Of a DNA stretch of 64,000 nt, positions 1-11,181 are shown piece by piece. The first letter of the stretch is position 1. Every line of letters begins with the position of its first letter. The notes beneath the pieces are model-generated. The model made no database searches. It saw nothing but the letters and a program-made list of their open reading frames with translations, and was not told where the DNA came from. The stretch comes from Nitrospirota bacterium. GTDB lineage: Bacteria > Nitrospirota > UBA9217. Location of the stretch: positions 640,001 to 704,000 of the forward strand of contig CAWJQQ010000001.1 of assembly GCA_963845065.1 (NCBI GenBank). The letters run 5' to 3'. The position numbers and the translations under genes are program-made.

Positions 1-79
1 CCGATGCACTCGGTGTCGATGTTTCAAGGTCAGCGGTGATAATCAGTTTATCGGCTTCAATTTTTGCGACGATTGCCAT
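1..79 (-). CDS. Hypothetical small protein, N-terminus only (runs off window)
   Basis: ATG at 79 with GGAGG RBS; MAIVAKIEADKLIITADLETSTPSAS..., open to window edge. Confidence 0.6.
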   Translation of the reverse strand, partial: MAIVAKIEADKLIITADLETSTPSAS

Positions 80-357
80 GAGAACCTCCATTGTGGGATT
101 GGGGATATTATATCAGAGATGATCCCCTCCGTGAAACTACAGAAATCTTATTTCGGAAATCTATCACACCATGCTCGTTTTTTACATGCAGGACAATAGA
201 GATATTTGCGATTTACCCTCCATTAATACCTCTATAATTCAGAATATATAAATATAATAAGTTGTACCGTATTTTATGCACGGTCATTTGAATGTGATAG
301 AATTCCAGTAATTGAAAACAAGAAGTCCTGCTATGCCGAAAATAACGCCAAACAAAA

Positions 358-540
358 GGAGCAGTGTCACTTGGAAAAGGATGTGGAACTTCTAGTTCAA
401 GAAGATATGATTATTATCAAGCCAGAAAAAAAACGCCGCGAAAAGACTGGGAATTACAATTTAAAAAAATGAAGGAATACGGTGAAGACCGGTTGCTTGT
501 TCCCGATAAATTAGGTCTCGATATAAAGGGATGGGAATAG
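358..540 (+). pseudogene. AbrB/MazE-type antitoxin remnant
   Basis: Reads EQCHLEKDVELLVQEDMIIIKPEKK / PRKDWELQFKKMKEYGEDRLL...WE*; N-terminus missing, frameshift in A-run; overlaps toxin start. Confidence 0.65.
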
Positions 541-862
541 TAATCGTGCAATATGACGTTTTCCTTATATCCCTCGATCCAAACATAGGGCACGAGATAA
601 AAAAACACGACCATGCGTCGTCATTTCACCAGACGAGATGAACAAGTATATTTCTACGGTGATAATTGCCCCGCTGACATCGCAATCACATGCTTATCCT
701 ACCCGCATGCCAGTCAAATTCAAGAGGAAAGATGGCTGGATTGTTTTAGACCAAATTAGGATGGTTGCCAAACAAAGGCTGGTCAAAAAACTGGGGGTAA
801 TTGGGCAAGATACCATTCTCACTGTGAAAAACGTTATTCGAGAAATGCTGATAGAACCTTGA
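531..862 (+). pseudogene. PemK/MazF toxin, frameshifted
   Basis: MGIVIVQYDVFLISLDPNIGHEIKK then 1-nt loss in A-run at ~600, then RPCVVISPDEMNKYISTVIIAPLTS...LDQIR. Confidence 0.85.
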
Positions 863-935
863 CAACTTTGTGTTTTCGCAGCACACGGCTTTTTTGTAGT
901 CACAGCTCAAAAAAATAAGGATATTGTCGCAATCA

Positions 936-1115
936 ATGGCCGTTATACCGAAGTTAAAAGTGTTGAACCCATTAATCATACTTCGATTTTGCGTGAGACA
1001 AAACAAGGGCTCGGAACCTTACATTATGATTCCCTCCCATACAGAGTTAAATATCGGCACCATGAGCGGCATTCTCAATGACATTGCTTTCTTCATTGCC
1101 ATTACATTTCTATAA
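936..1115 (+). pseudogene. HicA-like toxin remnant
   Basis: PKLKVL N-terminus and IPSHTELNIGTMSGIL C-terminal motif; middle eroded. Confidence 0.5.
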
Positions 1116-1197
1116 ATAATTCCGCATATCTTCCACCCTACAATTTTCTGAAAAGTATCTATCGTTTGGCAGTACCGACTTTAATCCATAAATTATC

Positions 1198-1490
1198 ATG
1201 CTTCTCGTTATCGGTCTGATACTGATAACTTTCGCTGCTTTTGCCGCTAAGGCGGCAAGTGCTCCAGATGCCGCCAAGTTGTCATTCAACGGCTCCGTAG
1301 ACGCAGCGTCAGTAATCGGCATCGGCTTGGGTATTAGCAAGAGCGCCCAAGGTATTGACCACAACCCTGAGGCATCGGGATAGAGCATGACCACGAGGAA
1401 GGTGGATTTGGCCTTTTGATCGAGTCGCTGGCCATTTATACACTGGTCGTCGTGTTAATCCTGCTGTACACAAAACCGTTCTGCATGTAA
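1198..1490 (+). pseudogene. atpE: ATP synthase F0 subunit c remnant
   Basis: GIGLG...GIDHNPEASG* followed out of frame by LIESLAIYTLVVVLILLYTKPF (c-ring glutamate motif). Confidence 0.75.
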
Positions 1491-1517
1491 TCAGCCGAAT
1501 ACTTGTCTATAATGAGC

Positions 1518-1554
1518 AAAAAAAGAGACGATTCAAAGACTCGACTCTTTTTTT
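1518..1554. terminator. Bidirectional intrinsic terminator
   Basis: AAAAAAGAG...CTCTTTTTT hairpin between convergent genes. Confidence 0.55.
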
Positions 1555-1662
1555 GGCTGTTAGGATAATACTGTTTTTTGTCGATCGTAACATACGATAC
1601 GATGAAAGCTTTCGTCGTGTTACTCCCTGCAATTTTACTTCGTCACCTTTGGTTAATAAATG

Positions 1663-2109
1663 TTATGCCACTTTTTTTTCTATTTCGGTATCTCCAAGGA
1701 GTTTCATTTCGCCATCAACCCGCGTATTACCTAGCACCTTTGCGTTACCGCCGACTTGAGCCCTCTCGGTTACTTCGGCTAATCCGCTCACGACCGCATT
1801 TCCATATACCCCGGCAAACCCGTAAATCTTTGCATCACCCGACACTTTTGCGTTACCAAAGACTCGTGCGTTTCCGAAGATTTCTGCCCTACCTGATATT
1901 TCGGCCTGGTCGAAAATCCATGCATTGCCGAAGACAAAGGCTTCACCACTTAGCTTGCAGTGGCCGCAAATCTTGACAAAGGGGCCAACATACACGCCAT
2001 CCTCGACGTTCGCGTGCTCTGCAACCATTCCGCCACCGTTCGGGTGGTGGTGATATTTTATTCCATCTATCTCTATAACCGGTTCACTCGTCAAAACCTT
2101 GATATTCAT
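1663..2109 (-). CDS. Left-handed beta-helix hexapeptide repeat protein
   Basis: HHHPNGGGMVA then repeated (V/I)xGxAx hexapeptides; GGAGG RBS before ATG 2109. Confidence 0.8.
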   Translation of the reverse strand: MNIKVLTSEPVIEIDGIKYHHHPNGGGMVAEHANVEDGVYVGPFVKICGHCKLSGEAFVFGNAWIFDQAEISGRAEIFGNARVFGNAKVSGDAKIYGFAGVYGNAVVSGLAEVTERAQVGGNAKVLGNTRVDGEMKLLGDTEIEKKVA

Positions 2110-2454
2110 ACATACCTCCAATAAGGACTTTTAAATCGCTTTAAAATTAATAATCTCTCTGGAGAGATTATCGTCCTAAAGTTGTAATTTTATATTAATT
2201 AAATGATAGCGAACATCTTCAATTTTGTCAAATAACAGATTTTTTATTGACTACGATAATATATAGTCTAAATTGTAACCTAGTTTACTTTTATCTCGAT
2301 TGACAACCCAATTAACCTTTTATTTACAATGTAGTATAATATATTTTGTGCAAAGATCAGCGACGGGATTACTAACTTATCAGTAATAATAACGGCCATA
2401 TTAAATGATGCATCAGATGGGATCATTAACGACAAAATGGTAAAACCCAGATAA

Positions 2455-3902
2455 CGAGAAAGGAACCATGGGGTAGGGGTCTGTGCACTTATACAAGGAT
2501 TGCGGAGACAATGTAGGGAAGGGCCATTTCTCAGCAGGGGCTGGCAGCAACCTGCAAAGATATACCGAACGAGGGAAACCGAAGGGAGTGGGAGAGACTT
2601 GGTCTGACGCATGAGTCTGTAGTAGCGAAAAAGCGGGGGGTAACGCCCTGTGAGGTGGCGAGAAGCCACCCTCGACGAGTAGAATTTCAGAGAAGCAAAG
2701 GGACTCTCGGTGCATAGCGGATATCTATGGATATATATAGGACCCGCGGCCGGGACATAGAGCCCAATAACCGCGTTAAGGTTCCATTAGATGTCGAGAC
2801 GATGGGCAAACCGATTCAGTGAGGGGTGTATTCGAACCGACGCTTGAGCCGCCGTTGCATCGGGAAGACCTATCGAGGAAAGCTATGGTCACCAACCGGA
2901 CTCGGGCAATCCGACCGTCCGGGATGAAAACGGAGGCTTCAGTGAACGCGATGCATGGTGGAACTAGGAACCCATATCGCAGACCAAAAGGGCGGTACTG
3001 GTCACTCTTCGCCTAAACGTGCGCGCAACTGAAATCTATCCAAACCATCGATGTCCCGGAAACGGAACGGAGGGAAGGGGGTGGCGGGAACGCCAGGTGT
3101 TCCGGGGAACTATCCACCATACATAGAGATGGACAATGGGTACATACAAAACTGGGACTCATAGCCGAGCGAGCCAAAAGAGACCCGAAGTGTAAGTTCA
3201 GCATGCTTGCATATCTGCTGAATGAAGAGTTTCTCTTGGCATGTTTCTGGGCGTTTTAAAATGAATAAAGCTCCCGGCATCGACATAGTAACGGTACGGC
3301 AGTATGAAGAAAACCCCTATGAGAACATCTTAGATTTGACCAGCCGGTTGAAACTCAGGAAATAGCGGCACCAGCCTGGACGTCGGGCATATATACCGAA
3401 GGACGACAAGAGCAAAAGACCCCTCGGAATACTCGTGGTTGAGGACAAAATTGTCCAGATGGGAATCAAGAAAATCCTTGAATCTATCTACGAGGTAGAC
3501 TTCAGAGATATATCCCATGGTTTCCGACCGGGACGAAGCCACCATGATGCGCTTGAAGTAGTATATAAGGCCATTATGGCAAAAGCGGTAAACTACATTG
3601 TCGATATGGACATCGAGATCGCTGGAGCCAGAAGAAGAGCATGATAAGGGAATTCTTCAATAAGTACCTCTCTTGGAACTTTAACAGCGCCGAAGATATA
3701 TCACAAGACGTATACGTTAATCGTTGAGTAAGGGATACATTTCCCGAAGAGCCGTGTGAGTGGAAACACTCACGCCCGGTTATGTGGGGGGCATTGATAA
3801 ACATCATTTAGCATAATAATGTGACACTCCTCATGCCGAAAGGAATTAGAAACGGTGAAAACAATCCATGCCTACGTGAGGTATAGGAGATGCCTACTCG
3901 AT
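2455..3902 (+). mobile_element. Group II intron remnant(s)
   Basis: Intron-like 5' domain sequence, decayed RT, domain V GAGCCGTGTGAGTGGAAACACTCACGCCCGGTT at 3749-3782, 3' end CTACTCGAT at 3902. Confidence 0.85.
3141..3700 (+). pseudogene. Group II intron reverse transcriptase/maturase, internally deleted
   Basis: KAPGID, RRAYIPK, RPLGI, EDKIVQ, HGFRPGRSHHDAL, IVDMDIE; stops and frameshifts; YADD region deleted; short domain X piece remains. Confidence 0.9.
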
Positions 3903-4065
3903 CAACACTTAAATTACCAAGCTATAAGTCGAGACTGAATTTTGAAGACAGATATGCTAAAAGCGAGATCACCAAGGATGAATTCGAGCGAGTGAAAGAC
4001 AATTTTGGAAAACTATGAGGTACGGACAGCGTTGGGACAGGTTATGTGAGAGGGGGCGAAGAACC

Positions 4066-4281
4066 ATGAAAGTTGCATGCTTTAACGTGAGTAATAATCT
4101 TTGCGGGGACTGTTCTCTGGCGTTGCGACGCTTTGTCGGAGGCATGGATGGGGTGGAGTCCATCGATGTGGAGAAAGGGAAGATCGTTGTCATGTTCGAT
4201 GAAAAGATCGTAGATCAGGACAGGATCTCAACGATAATGAAGGACAGTATCGAAAAGCTTGGTTACGGGATCGATGAATAA
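4066..4281 (+). CDS. Heavy-metal-associated (HMA) domain protein, chaperone-like
   Basis: CGDC motif, GVESIDV, terminal IEKLGY. Confidence 0.75.
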   Translation: MKVACFNVSNNLCGDCSLALRRFVGGMDGVESIDVEKGKIVVMFDEKIVDQDRISTIMKDSIEKLGYGIDE

Positions 4282-4339
4282 TGATCAAGTGACTCGTTGA
4301 CTATAAAAGACTAGGATGTGATCCAGTTCAGGAGGGGAT

Positions 4340-4570
4340 ATGTTCTCATTGTTTATCGCTGTTATCACACTTATAATTGTTGTTATATTTTCCGTCCAGA
4401 ATGCGGGGTCTGTTGCCGTTTCCTTTCTCTCCTGGCATTTTGAAGCATCCCTTGCAATGGTGATCGCATGGTCTCTCCTTGCCGGGATGATCATTGGTAT
4501 GGCCATTCTCGCCGGGATGCGAATGAGCAGGTCGGCCCGAAAGAAAAAATCGATTGAAAGTAAATCTTAA
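4340..4570 (+). CDS. LapA (DUF1049) family membrane protein
   Basis: IFSVQNAGSVAVSFLSW...SLAMVI motif, two TM segments, GGAGG RBS. Confidence 0.8.
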   Translation: MFSLFIAVITLIIVVIFSVQNAGSVAVSFLSWHFEASLAMVIAWSLLAGMIIGMAILAGMRMSRSARKKKSIESKS

Positions 4571-5240
4571 TATCTTTCTCTTGATAAACGGTTCACAAGA
4601 ATCACATTAGGTGAGAAAAACCTGATTGATCCGGGTAGACGTGCGGTCGAAAAGAGTTTCAAAATTGCATTGTTACAAAATTGGATGCGTCAACGTTAAA
4701 TGGTAGAGCGAGATTTAAGACCTAATACAGACAAATGGGAATGGAGGTATATGTCAGCGCGGCAGGGAATTACGCAATATGAAAATACTCGAAAAATAGT
4801 CATTAAATACTTTTTTGTATATTACACATAAACGCAGACGTGAGCGGAGCGACTTCAATGCCCCTCTCAACGAAGAAATTGGGGCTTGAGCTTTTCCAGA
4901 TTTCCCTCGATCGGCGGAATTTGCTGCGCAGATAAATCGGCCAAGTTGTGGCTATCCGTGCGAACCAGTTAAAGGAATTCAATACTTTATTCCGCAATTT
5001 TCTAATTGTGGTTACCGAATAAAGTAAAATCACGTATCAAATTTTAAGTTGACATTTTCGAGTTTCGCGACAATGGTCTACCGCTAACTTGAAACCCGGG
5101 TATCTTTGCAGCGCGTAGGAGAGAGTTTCTCCTTTTTCCACTTCTATTTTTGACCAGAACCGCCCGCTGTAGCGCATGATGATGAAATAGGTGATGGAAT
5201 CCCTTCTGTTTTGCGAGCATGTTTTTAATTCACTTCACAA

Positions 5241-6383
5241 TCAGAAATGCCCTTCCTCCGGATTTTCACTCGACTTAGTCGGTTTCATACCTATATGATT
5301 ACCCCAGGCGCTGATTTGCCAGTTGTCTTTCCTGCTAGTCTCCGAGACCCAGGGTGGCACAGACAACTGCAAGCGATGGGAAAGTGAATGCACGTAGGGT
5401 TCGTACATCCGCCGCAGTTCGTTAAGCCGCGGGGATACCTCCGCGATCTCTCGGAGCTGCATGCCTTCTGCCGCGAGCATTCCACGCATCGAAACAAGTT
5501 CTCGTGGTGGCAGCCGGTCGATCAGCGGCTCCTCGGGCACGACGTGCAGCACGAGCGAGAGATCTACGACAGCATGGCGTGCCATGGCAAAAGTCAATTG
5601 CGCCTGACGCACGCATGTTCCTTGAAGGTTGGTCATGACAAAGGCGCAGGTATCGAGGATGGATGACAACGCCGCGAGCCATGATTGATTATCGTGCTGG
5701 GAACGGAAATATACGAGGACGGGATAAGAGAGATGACTTTCGAGTATTTCTGCGGACCATTGTTCCCATTCGTGGAGTAGCTGCGTCAGCGATTCCGTTG
5801 AGAAGCCCTGCGATTGTCGCCGCAGCATTTCAATAGCTGTGGGAGGCGAGCCGGCACGCGCATCCAGGAGCGAGATATTAACCTCCCTTTTCGAAAAAGA
5901 TTGATTGAGCGCAGGCAGGTAGCTGATTACGATGGCTAAAAAACCGAAGCCTATGCCTGCTTCAAGAACGGTAAGAGCCCGTGCAAAGTGAATATGGGGT
6001 ACGATATCACCCAGGCCAAGAGTAAAAAAAGTCGTACCGCTGAAATATAGGCAAGTGCTGAATGTTATGAAGCCCTCTGGCGTTTTTAAGGTGTTGCCCG
6101 GCGCCCAATAAAGGAGCGCGAAACCCGAGATAAGGGCGCTAGCCCAAAACCCAAGCAACAACGGCAGTGAAAGTGGTCCAAAGTAGCCCAGGTAATTTTC
6201 TCGGCGTTCTCTACTCGAAAGCGCATGGACCAGCGAAGTCCAAAGTTGCCACATAGTCCGATAGAAGACACGCACAAGCCGAATGCGCCTGGTCACCCTG
6301 CGCGGGAAAACTATGGTTTCAAAGGCATCCGCTAGTACAATTATTATAAGGGCGATGCCCGCTATAATTGCGATGATCGACAT
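5241..6383 (-). CDS. Potassium channel family protein (Ion_trans_2)
   Basis: YFSGTTFFTLGLGDIVP pore filter; SYPVLVYFRSQH C-terminal domain. Confidence 0.85.
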   Translation of the reverse strand: MSIIAIIAGIALIIIVLADAFETIVFPRRVTRRIRLVRVFYRTMWQLWTSLVHALSSRERRENYLGYFGPLSLPLLLGFWASALISGFALLYWAPGNTLKTPEGFITFSTCLYFSGTTFFTLGLGDIVPHIHFARALTVLEAGIGFGFLAIVISYLPALNQSFSKREVNISLLDARAGSPPTAIEMLRRQSQGFSTESLTQLLHEWEQWSAEILESHLSYPVLVYFRSQHDNQSWLAALSSILDTCAFVMTNLQGTCVRQAQLTFAMARHAVVDLSLVLHVVPEEPLIDRLPPRELVSMRGMLAAEGMQLREIAEVSPRLNELRRMYEPYVHSLSHRLQLSVPPWVSETSRKDNWQISAWGNHIGMKPTKSSENPEEGHF

Positions 6384-6810
6384 GGTAATTTCCCGCCCCT
6401 CAAGCCGATATGGTCAACAAACTTATACGGCTTCTGATCAATTTAAGAACGAGATTCACGGTTCTACGGGACATCTGGCTGTCGGCCCGGTATTGCCAGA
6501 TTGTAGCACAACGAGATTAGGAATAGTAAGAAACTCTCCGAAGATGTTTAGTCGTTGTTCGATACGGAGAAACCTGACGAGATGAAACAGCAGAATTTCC
6601 GTTTTTCCGAAAGATATTGCGGAACTTTTTTTTCGGTTCGGAAAGATCATCTTTCATCCTTTGCAAACAAAGTTTTGAGTGGACATTACCTTTGCATCCA
6701 GGACCGCTGCGCTTACCACTGCCGGAGCGACCATGACAGCACCGTCAACGATCCCAGTCCTCCAGTTGAGGGAACAGTGATGGATAACCCTTTTCTAGAA
6801 GGGGGGATCT

Positions 6811-7200
6811 CATCTTCGAGCCGCGAGAAACGGCATGACGGCAAAGACCCCGAGCATCACGTAGTTGACCGTCCCCGAAACGGGGTCTCGGCTTGCCAAG
6901 TACTCAGCAATCGTCATATCGCTACGTCAGTGCACGATCGTGAATTCCGCGAGAAGCAACAGGCCGAGCGCGATGAAGCCCATGCCAAACCGGCTGGACG
7001 TTGTTAGCGGCAGAACAAAGCTCCTGGTGATCTACTTTGCCACGAGAAAGAGCACGACGAACATTACGGGCGCTTCCAGCAATTCTCCAGCTCTGGTGCC
7101 AAAACGCGGGAGAAGCCACAGGATGCGCAGGGGCCCGGGCACGAAGCCCGCTACAAACACGATTGCGAAATACAAATCCCCGCTTTTAGAATTTTCAAGA
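6811..7200 (-). pseudogene. Conserved small membrane protein with in-frame stops
   Basis: YFAIVFVAGFVPGPLRILWLLPRFG..ELLEAP..*..LLLAEF..*..RDPVSG..VFAVMP. Confidence 0.55.
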
Positions 7201-7218
7201 CACTTTACAGCCTTCGAA

Positions 7219-7607
7219 CTACTCCACTGCCTGAGCAATTATGGCTTCCACGGCTTGAAATGGTTTCTCAGCCAGTTGATGCCGCTGCTTCAAGTACTCC
7301 GGGCTGTTGTAGTTGATCCATACACGTCCAGCTTCGTCTTCCCATACGAGCGCCTTAAGTGGCAGATCGATCTCAAGTGAGGGATACTTCTGCATCAAAG
7401 GTGTTCCCGCCTTTCGGATTGTCAAATATGAGCAAAAACCATTGGCTTCATATCGAGCCCGACAGAGTTCGCGACCGCACGCAGATCGTTTTGTGCAAAT
7501 ACTGTCATCCCTCGTGACTCGATAATACCTGCCAGCCGCTGTGCTGTCTCAGCGACTCTGCTCCGGATAGGAAGACTGACGATACCTTGTTCTCGCGACG
7601 TAGTCAT
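7219..7607 (-). pseudogene. DUF302 domain protein, frameshifted
   Basis: GMTVFA..D..A..VGLDMKP then shift to KAGTPLMQ..DLPLKALVWED..GRVWINYNSP. Confidence 0.85.
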
Positions 7608-7808
7608 GTTCTCCATCCGCCTTTGAGACTGTATGTTATCTGGGTGAGTTTCCGGTCTGCTCGTGATATGGTCACTTGCATTGCTTCCGCATACGCCGTC
7701 ATCACTAAGAGTCATGTTTTCAATTCGCATCCATCAGTGGACCGTGAAACCCGAACTACAATCGCTCTTGCGGTTTAGTGGCGGGAGAGCTCATGCAGCA
7801 AGAGCACT

Positions 7809-8768
7809 TTATCTTCCGACCATCGTTATCAGCATCTGCATCTTGTCCATGAGTTCGGGTAGCAGTGTCATCCCGCGTTTCTTCATGAGCAACTGCGTCG
7901 ACGCCAGCACCTCATGGTAGTAGTTCGCAGGGAAATAATCACGAACTATCATCACCAGCAGCGTCAGGAACAGGCCGAGTGCGATGGTCTCCTTGATCTG
8001 CGGGAAGACACCCCGCATCCATCCCTGAACGCGCCGGCGGTTGTTGGCAGCCTTCACTCGCTCCCAGAACGGTTCCTTCCGATATTCGTCGAGGCTTATC
8101 TGCAACGCATCATAAGTGCTGAAGATCCAGAGGAGGGGAATGACAGGAGTGAATAAAATCGTACATACGAAAATTACTTCAATTATGGACCGGGTGTCCG
8201 AAGGCTCAAGAGACGGCCAGGCCAGGTAGACCAGAGGGAGTGTTACGATCGAGAAGAGACCGATGACCGAAAATCCCATGAAAACGCTTCCCTTGACTGG
8301 CTGGCCATTCAAGAACTGTCCCCAGCCTGGGACCAGCAGGGAACAGAGGGCGGGATACAGGCGGCTGGATACACCGGTAAAAGGGGTTTTCTGCTCCTTA
8401 CTTGCTTGGTGATAAGCGTCGCCAGCATTGTAGGTCCAAAATATTAAAATACCCAGGAGTATTGTTTCGGCTAGAAGGAATGAGTTTGTACGAGACATCC
8501 CAAAGACAGCTAAAAACGAAAGCATGGACTCCCGGTATAACAGGGCGAGAAGCGTCCCGAACCCTGTGAGGAACATCAGAACCATGAACGCCGCACCCTT
8601 GCCGCGCCGAAGATTGTACCGTTGCCCTGCACCCCAGAAGAACATTGAAAGCGAATAGGCTACGGCAGGGTTCTTTCTAGCAAGTTGAGGTTTTTCTTTC
8701 CTGATGGGCTTCGATTTATGGACTTTGGGGTGCTCATCAGGATCTTCGACTACCCAGACCTTTTCCAT
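7809..8768 (-). CDS. Polytopic membrane protein with duplicated TM2-like motif
   Basis: KNPAVAYSLSMFFWGAGQRYN and ALCSLLVPGWGQFLNGQPVKG repeats. Confidence 0.7.
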   Translation of the reverse strand: MEKVWVVEDPDEHPKVHKSKPIRKEKPQLARKNPAVAYSLSMFFWGAGQRYNLRRGKGAAFMVLMFLTGFGTLLALLYRESMLSFLAVFGMSRTNSFLLAETILLGILIFWTYNAGDAYHQASKEQKTPFTGVSSRLYPALCSLLVPGWGQFLNGQPVKGSVFMGFSVIGLFSIVTLPLVYLAWPSLEPSDTRSIIEVIFVCTILFTPVIPLLWIFSTYDALQISLDEYRKEPFWERVKAANNRRRVQGWMRGVFPQIKETIALGLFLTLLVMIVRDYFPANYYHEVLASTQLLMKKRGMTLLPELMDKMQMLITMVGR

Positions 8769-8800
8769 AAAATTTACCTACTCCTTGGATGTACTCGGGT

Positions 8801-9148
8801 TCACTGCGACAAAAAGATGCCCGTTGCTACGGTGCTATCCGCGTCGCCGGAAGCCTGTGCGAAGGCCTTGAAGGTAGTGGTCACACTGGCAGTGATGGGG
8901 CCTGTATATAACATTGAAGCTGCACTTGGAGACGTACCATCGGTTGTATAGAAGATCGACGCTCCATTCGTCGTAGACGCAATTGTGGCGGTCAACGCAC
9001 TGGAATACATGTTTGGCAATGGGCTGAAGGTTGGGGTTGCTGTTGTTGGTCGTGAAGGGTCACTTCCTTCCGAGGGTGTGCTACCACTCGAACAGGAAAA
9101 CATTATAACGAGAACGAGGAATAACGAAGATATTTGGAGCCTCTTCAT
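8801..9148 (-). CDS. Lipoprotein with chitobiase/hexosaminidase C-terminal (Fn3-associated) domain
   Basis: Lipobox-like MFSC; ATPTFSP...ASIFYTTDGTSP...YTGPI. Confidence 0.8.
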   Translation of the reverse strand: MKRLQISSLFLVLVIMFSCSSGSTPSEGSDPSRPTTATPTFSPLPNMYSSALTATIASTTNGASIFYTTDGTSPSAASMLYTGPITASVTTTFKAFAQASGDADSTVATGIFLSQ

Positions 9149-9849
9149 AAGACCCCTCTCTACAACGAACCCGAATACATAGTAAAGATCTTATTGCAGG
9201 CAGGCTTGATTATGCACTTTTATCATTGATGAATCTGTGATTTGACTCACACCTTGGTTGGAGAGTCATAATATGTACTCTGTACTTTATAAAAAAAGTA
9301 ATTTATTAGGAAGAAGACATCACTGCAAACTATTGTAGATACTCGTCAATGCTATCATGATCATGCTGCTCCAAAGAACAAGTGTAGAATGTCAGTTTTG
9401 TGACAAGAGTACAGAAAACAGGTGTAGTTTGCATGGATCAACAAGATGACGCGCGGTCGCAGCGCGTCATTGTTAAACAAAGCACCAGTTTCTCTCTCGC
9501 TCCGCTCGGGGATCGGTGGGAGGCCGGTGCCAATTTACGTCACGGCATGCTCATCGCTGGTTTTATTTTCGTTTTGAACTGATACTAATTTGTAGAAAAT
9601 ATACACTTAACGACGTTGAATCAATGTTGATTCAAAATGGAAGTGGCCATGCCGCCGCCTGGCCTTCTAAAGGCGTATAGCAAGTGGAACTCGTGCGACT
9701 GTATTAAAACCTATCGCATAGATAATGATTCTTGTGAGTGTCACTCTTAGTGCATTCTATTTAAAACTCTACCTTAGTTAGGGATGATGTTTTCCATCTT
9801 TACCTGCTAAACGATGATATTTTACTTGGTAGCATATACATATTGTCTT

Positions 9850-10130
9850 TTCACTGACGAAGATGTCCAGCGAAGTAAGACTTACTCGATACAAATACTA
9901 GCGTTCGAAAAAGGTATAATCGATGATGACTTAACTGGTGCCTTTTCGCCATCGAGAAAGTTCCCCTTTCGGGCTGAATATACGCTTTCACTCATCGAGA
10001 AAGAAACTATCTTGGCATCGAACGCCGCCATGTTGGTGGCAAGCTGGAGCGCAAAAGCAGCATGTTAAATAGCATCATGAGAACGAGTGAGTACGACGAC
10101 GAGTTACTTGTTTTCAATTGTTATTTCCTT
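9850..10130 (-). pseudogene. DsrE-family protein remnant
   Basis: LVVVLTRSHDAI*HAAFALQLATNMAAFDAKIVSFSMSESVYSARKG, downstream of NifX gene. Confidence 0.45.
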
Positions 10131-10149
10131 ATGATCTTGACGGAGATGC

Positions 10150-10527
10150 TTAGTGAGCGCAACCACCATCGCTGTGGCCACCGCAGCATTCCTGGACCGT
10201 CAACACAGGCAGGCTTTTAGTCTGAAACATTGAAAGATTTTCCCGTATTGTCTCTCCCTGTGAGCGATGCACCGTGATTCCCATTTGGTTCAGCCTGGTA
10301 AGTGCTCCTGCTCCGATGCCGCCAACGACAAGCGCGTCTACCTTTTGATTATCAAGCGCCTTCATCGGGTTGCACGCGCCATGCGTGTGGTGCTGATCCC
10401 GATTATTGATTGATGCAACGCTGTTTGTGTTCGTATCGAAAACAACAAATACTGGCGCAGAACCAAAGTGGTTATACACTGTGCTCTCGATTCCATTATC
10501 ATTCTGAACTGGAAAACAGATTTTCAT
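10150..10527 (-). CDS. NifB/NifX family Fe-Mo cofactor-binding protein
   Basis: MKICFPV..HFGSAP..VGGIGAGA, Cys/His-rich tail. Confidence 0.9.
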   Translation of the reverse strand: MKICFPVQNDNGIESTVYNHFGSAPVFVVFDTNTNSVASINNRDQHHTHGACNPMKALDNQKVDALVVGGIGAGALTRLNQMGITVHRSQGETIRENLSMFQTKSLPVLTVQECCGGHSDGGCAH

Positions 10528-10561
10528 GTGATGTCCCTCCTGTGAAGTATTTAAGTGACGA

Positions 10562-10837
10562 TTATTGAAATACGATAGCTTGGCCTTTGCTCAAGGCTTT
10601 CGCAACCTTTTTTCTAGCAACAGTAAGTATTCTTTGAACAGTTCCCCGCGATACACCCATCCTAGTGCCTGCCTCCGCTTGGGTAAAGTCATCAAGATCA
10701 CAGAGTTTTAAAGCTTCAAGCTCTTCCCGCAAGAGGGGGATTTGCTCGAGCTCGTGCATCGGAACACCTGTGGGTTTGAAGGCTTCACCCGTAAACTTAC
10801 ATTTACAGTTACGCGGCTTTTTACACCTCGGCGACAT
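10562..10837 (-). CDS. DUF134 (UPF0251) HTH protein
   Basis: FKPTGVP..EELEALKLCD..QAEAGTRMGVSRGT. Confidence 0.9.
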   Translation of the reverse strand: MSPRCKKPRNCKCKFTGEAFKPTGVPMHELEQIPLLREELEALKLCDLDDFTQAEAGTRMGVSRGTVQRILTVARKKVAKALSKGQAIVFQ

Positions 10838-11181
10838 CTTTACCCCTTCTCATTTTGTGCATATGTTCATTACGATAGCAGACGTCGACGAAAATGTCAA
10901 GCAAACATTCACTCCACTTCAACTTTTATTAGAAAAAGGCACAAAAATAAAATGACGTTCTATTATAATTACAGGTGGTGTTTGTACAATTCTAAGTTAA
11001 CGTTAAATTTATTAACATATCCGGGAGGAGATAAAGGAGGCAAACAAGCATTTTAATGTCATTCGTTGAATTGCAATAGGCTACCAATTACGAGAGGAAA
11101 CATAAGGTGTTGTTAAGAATTGCAACTACGCCAGATTTAGGAAGATATATCCGAATTGTACCCTGTCTGACGACGGAAAGG

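Noticed and set aside
2280..2715. Minus-strand ORFs of 129 and 100 aa
   Set aside because: Antisense to group II intron RNA sequence.
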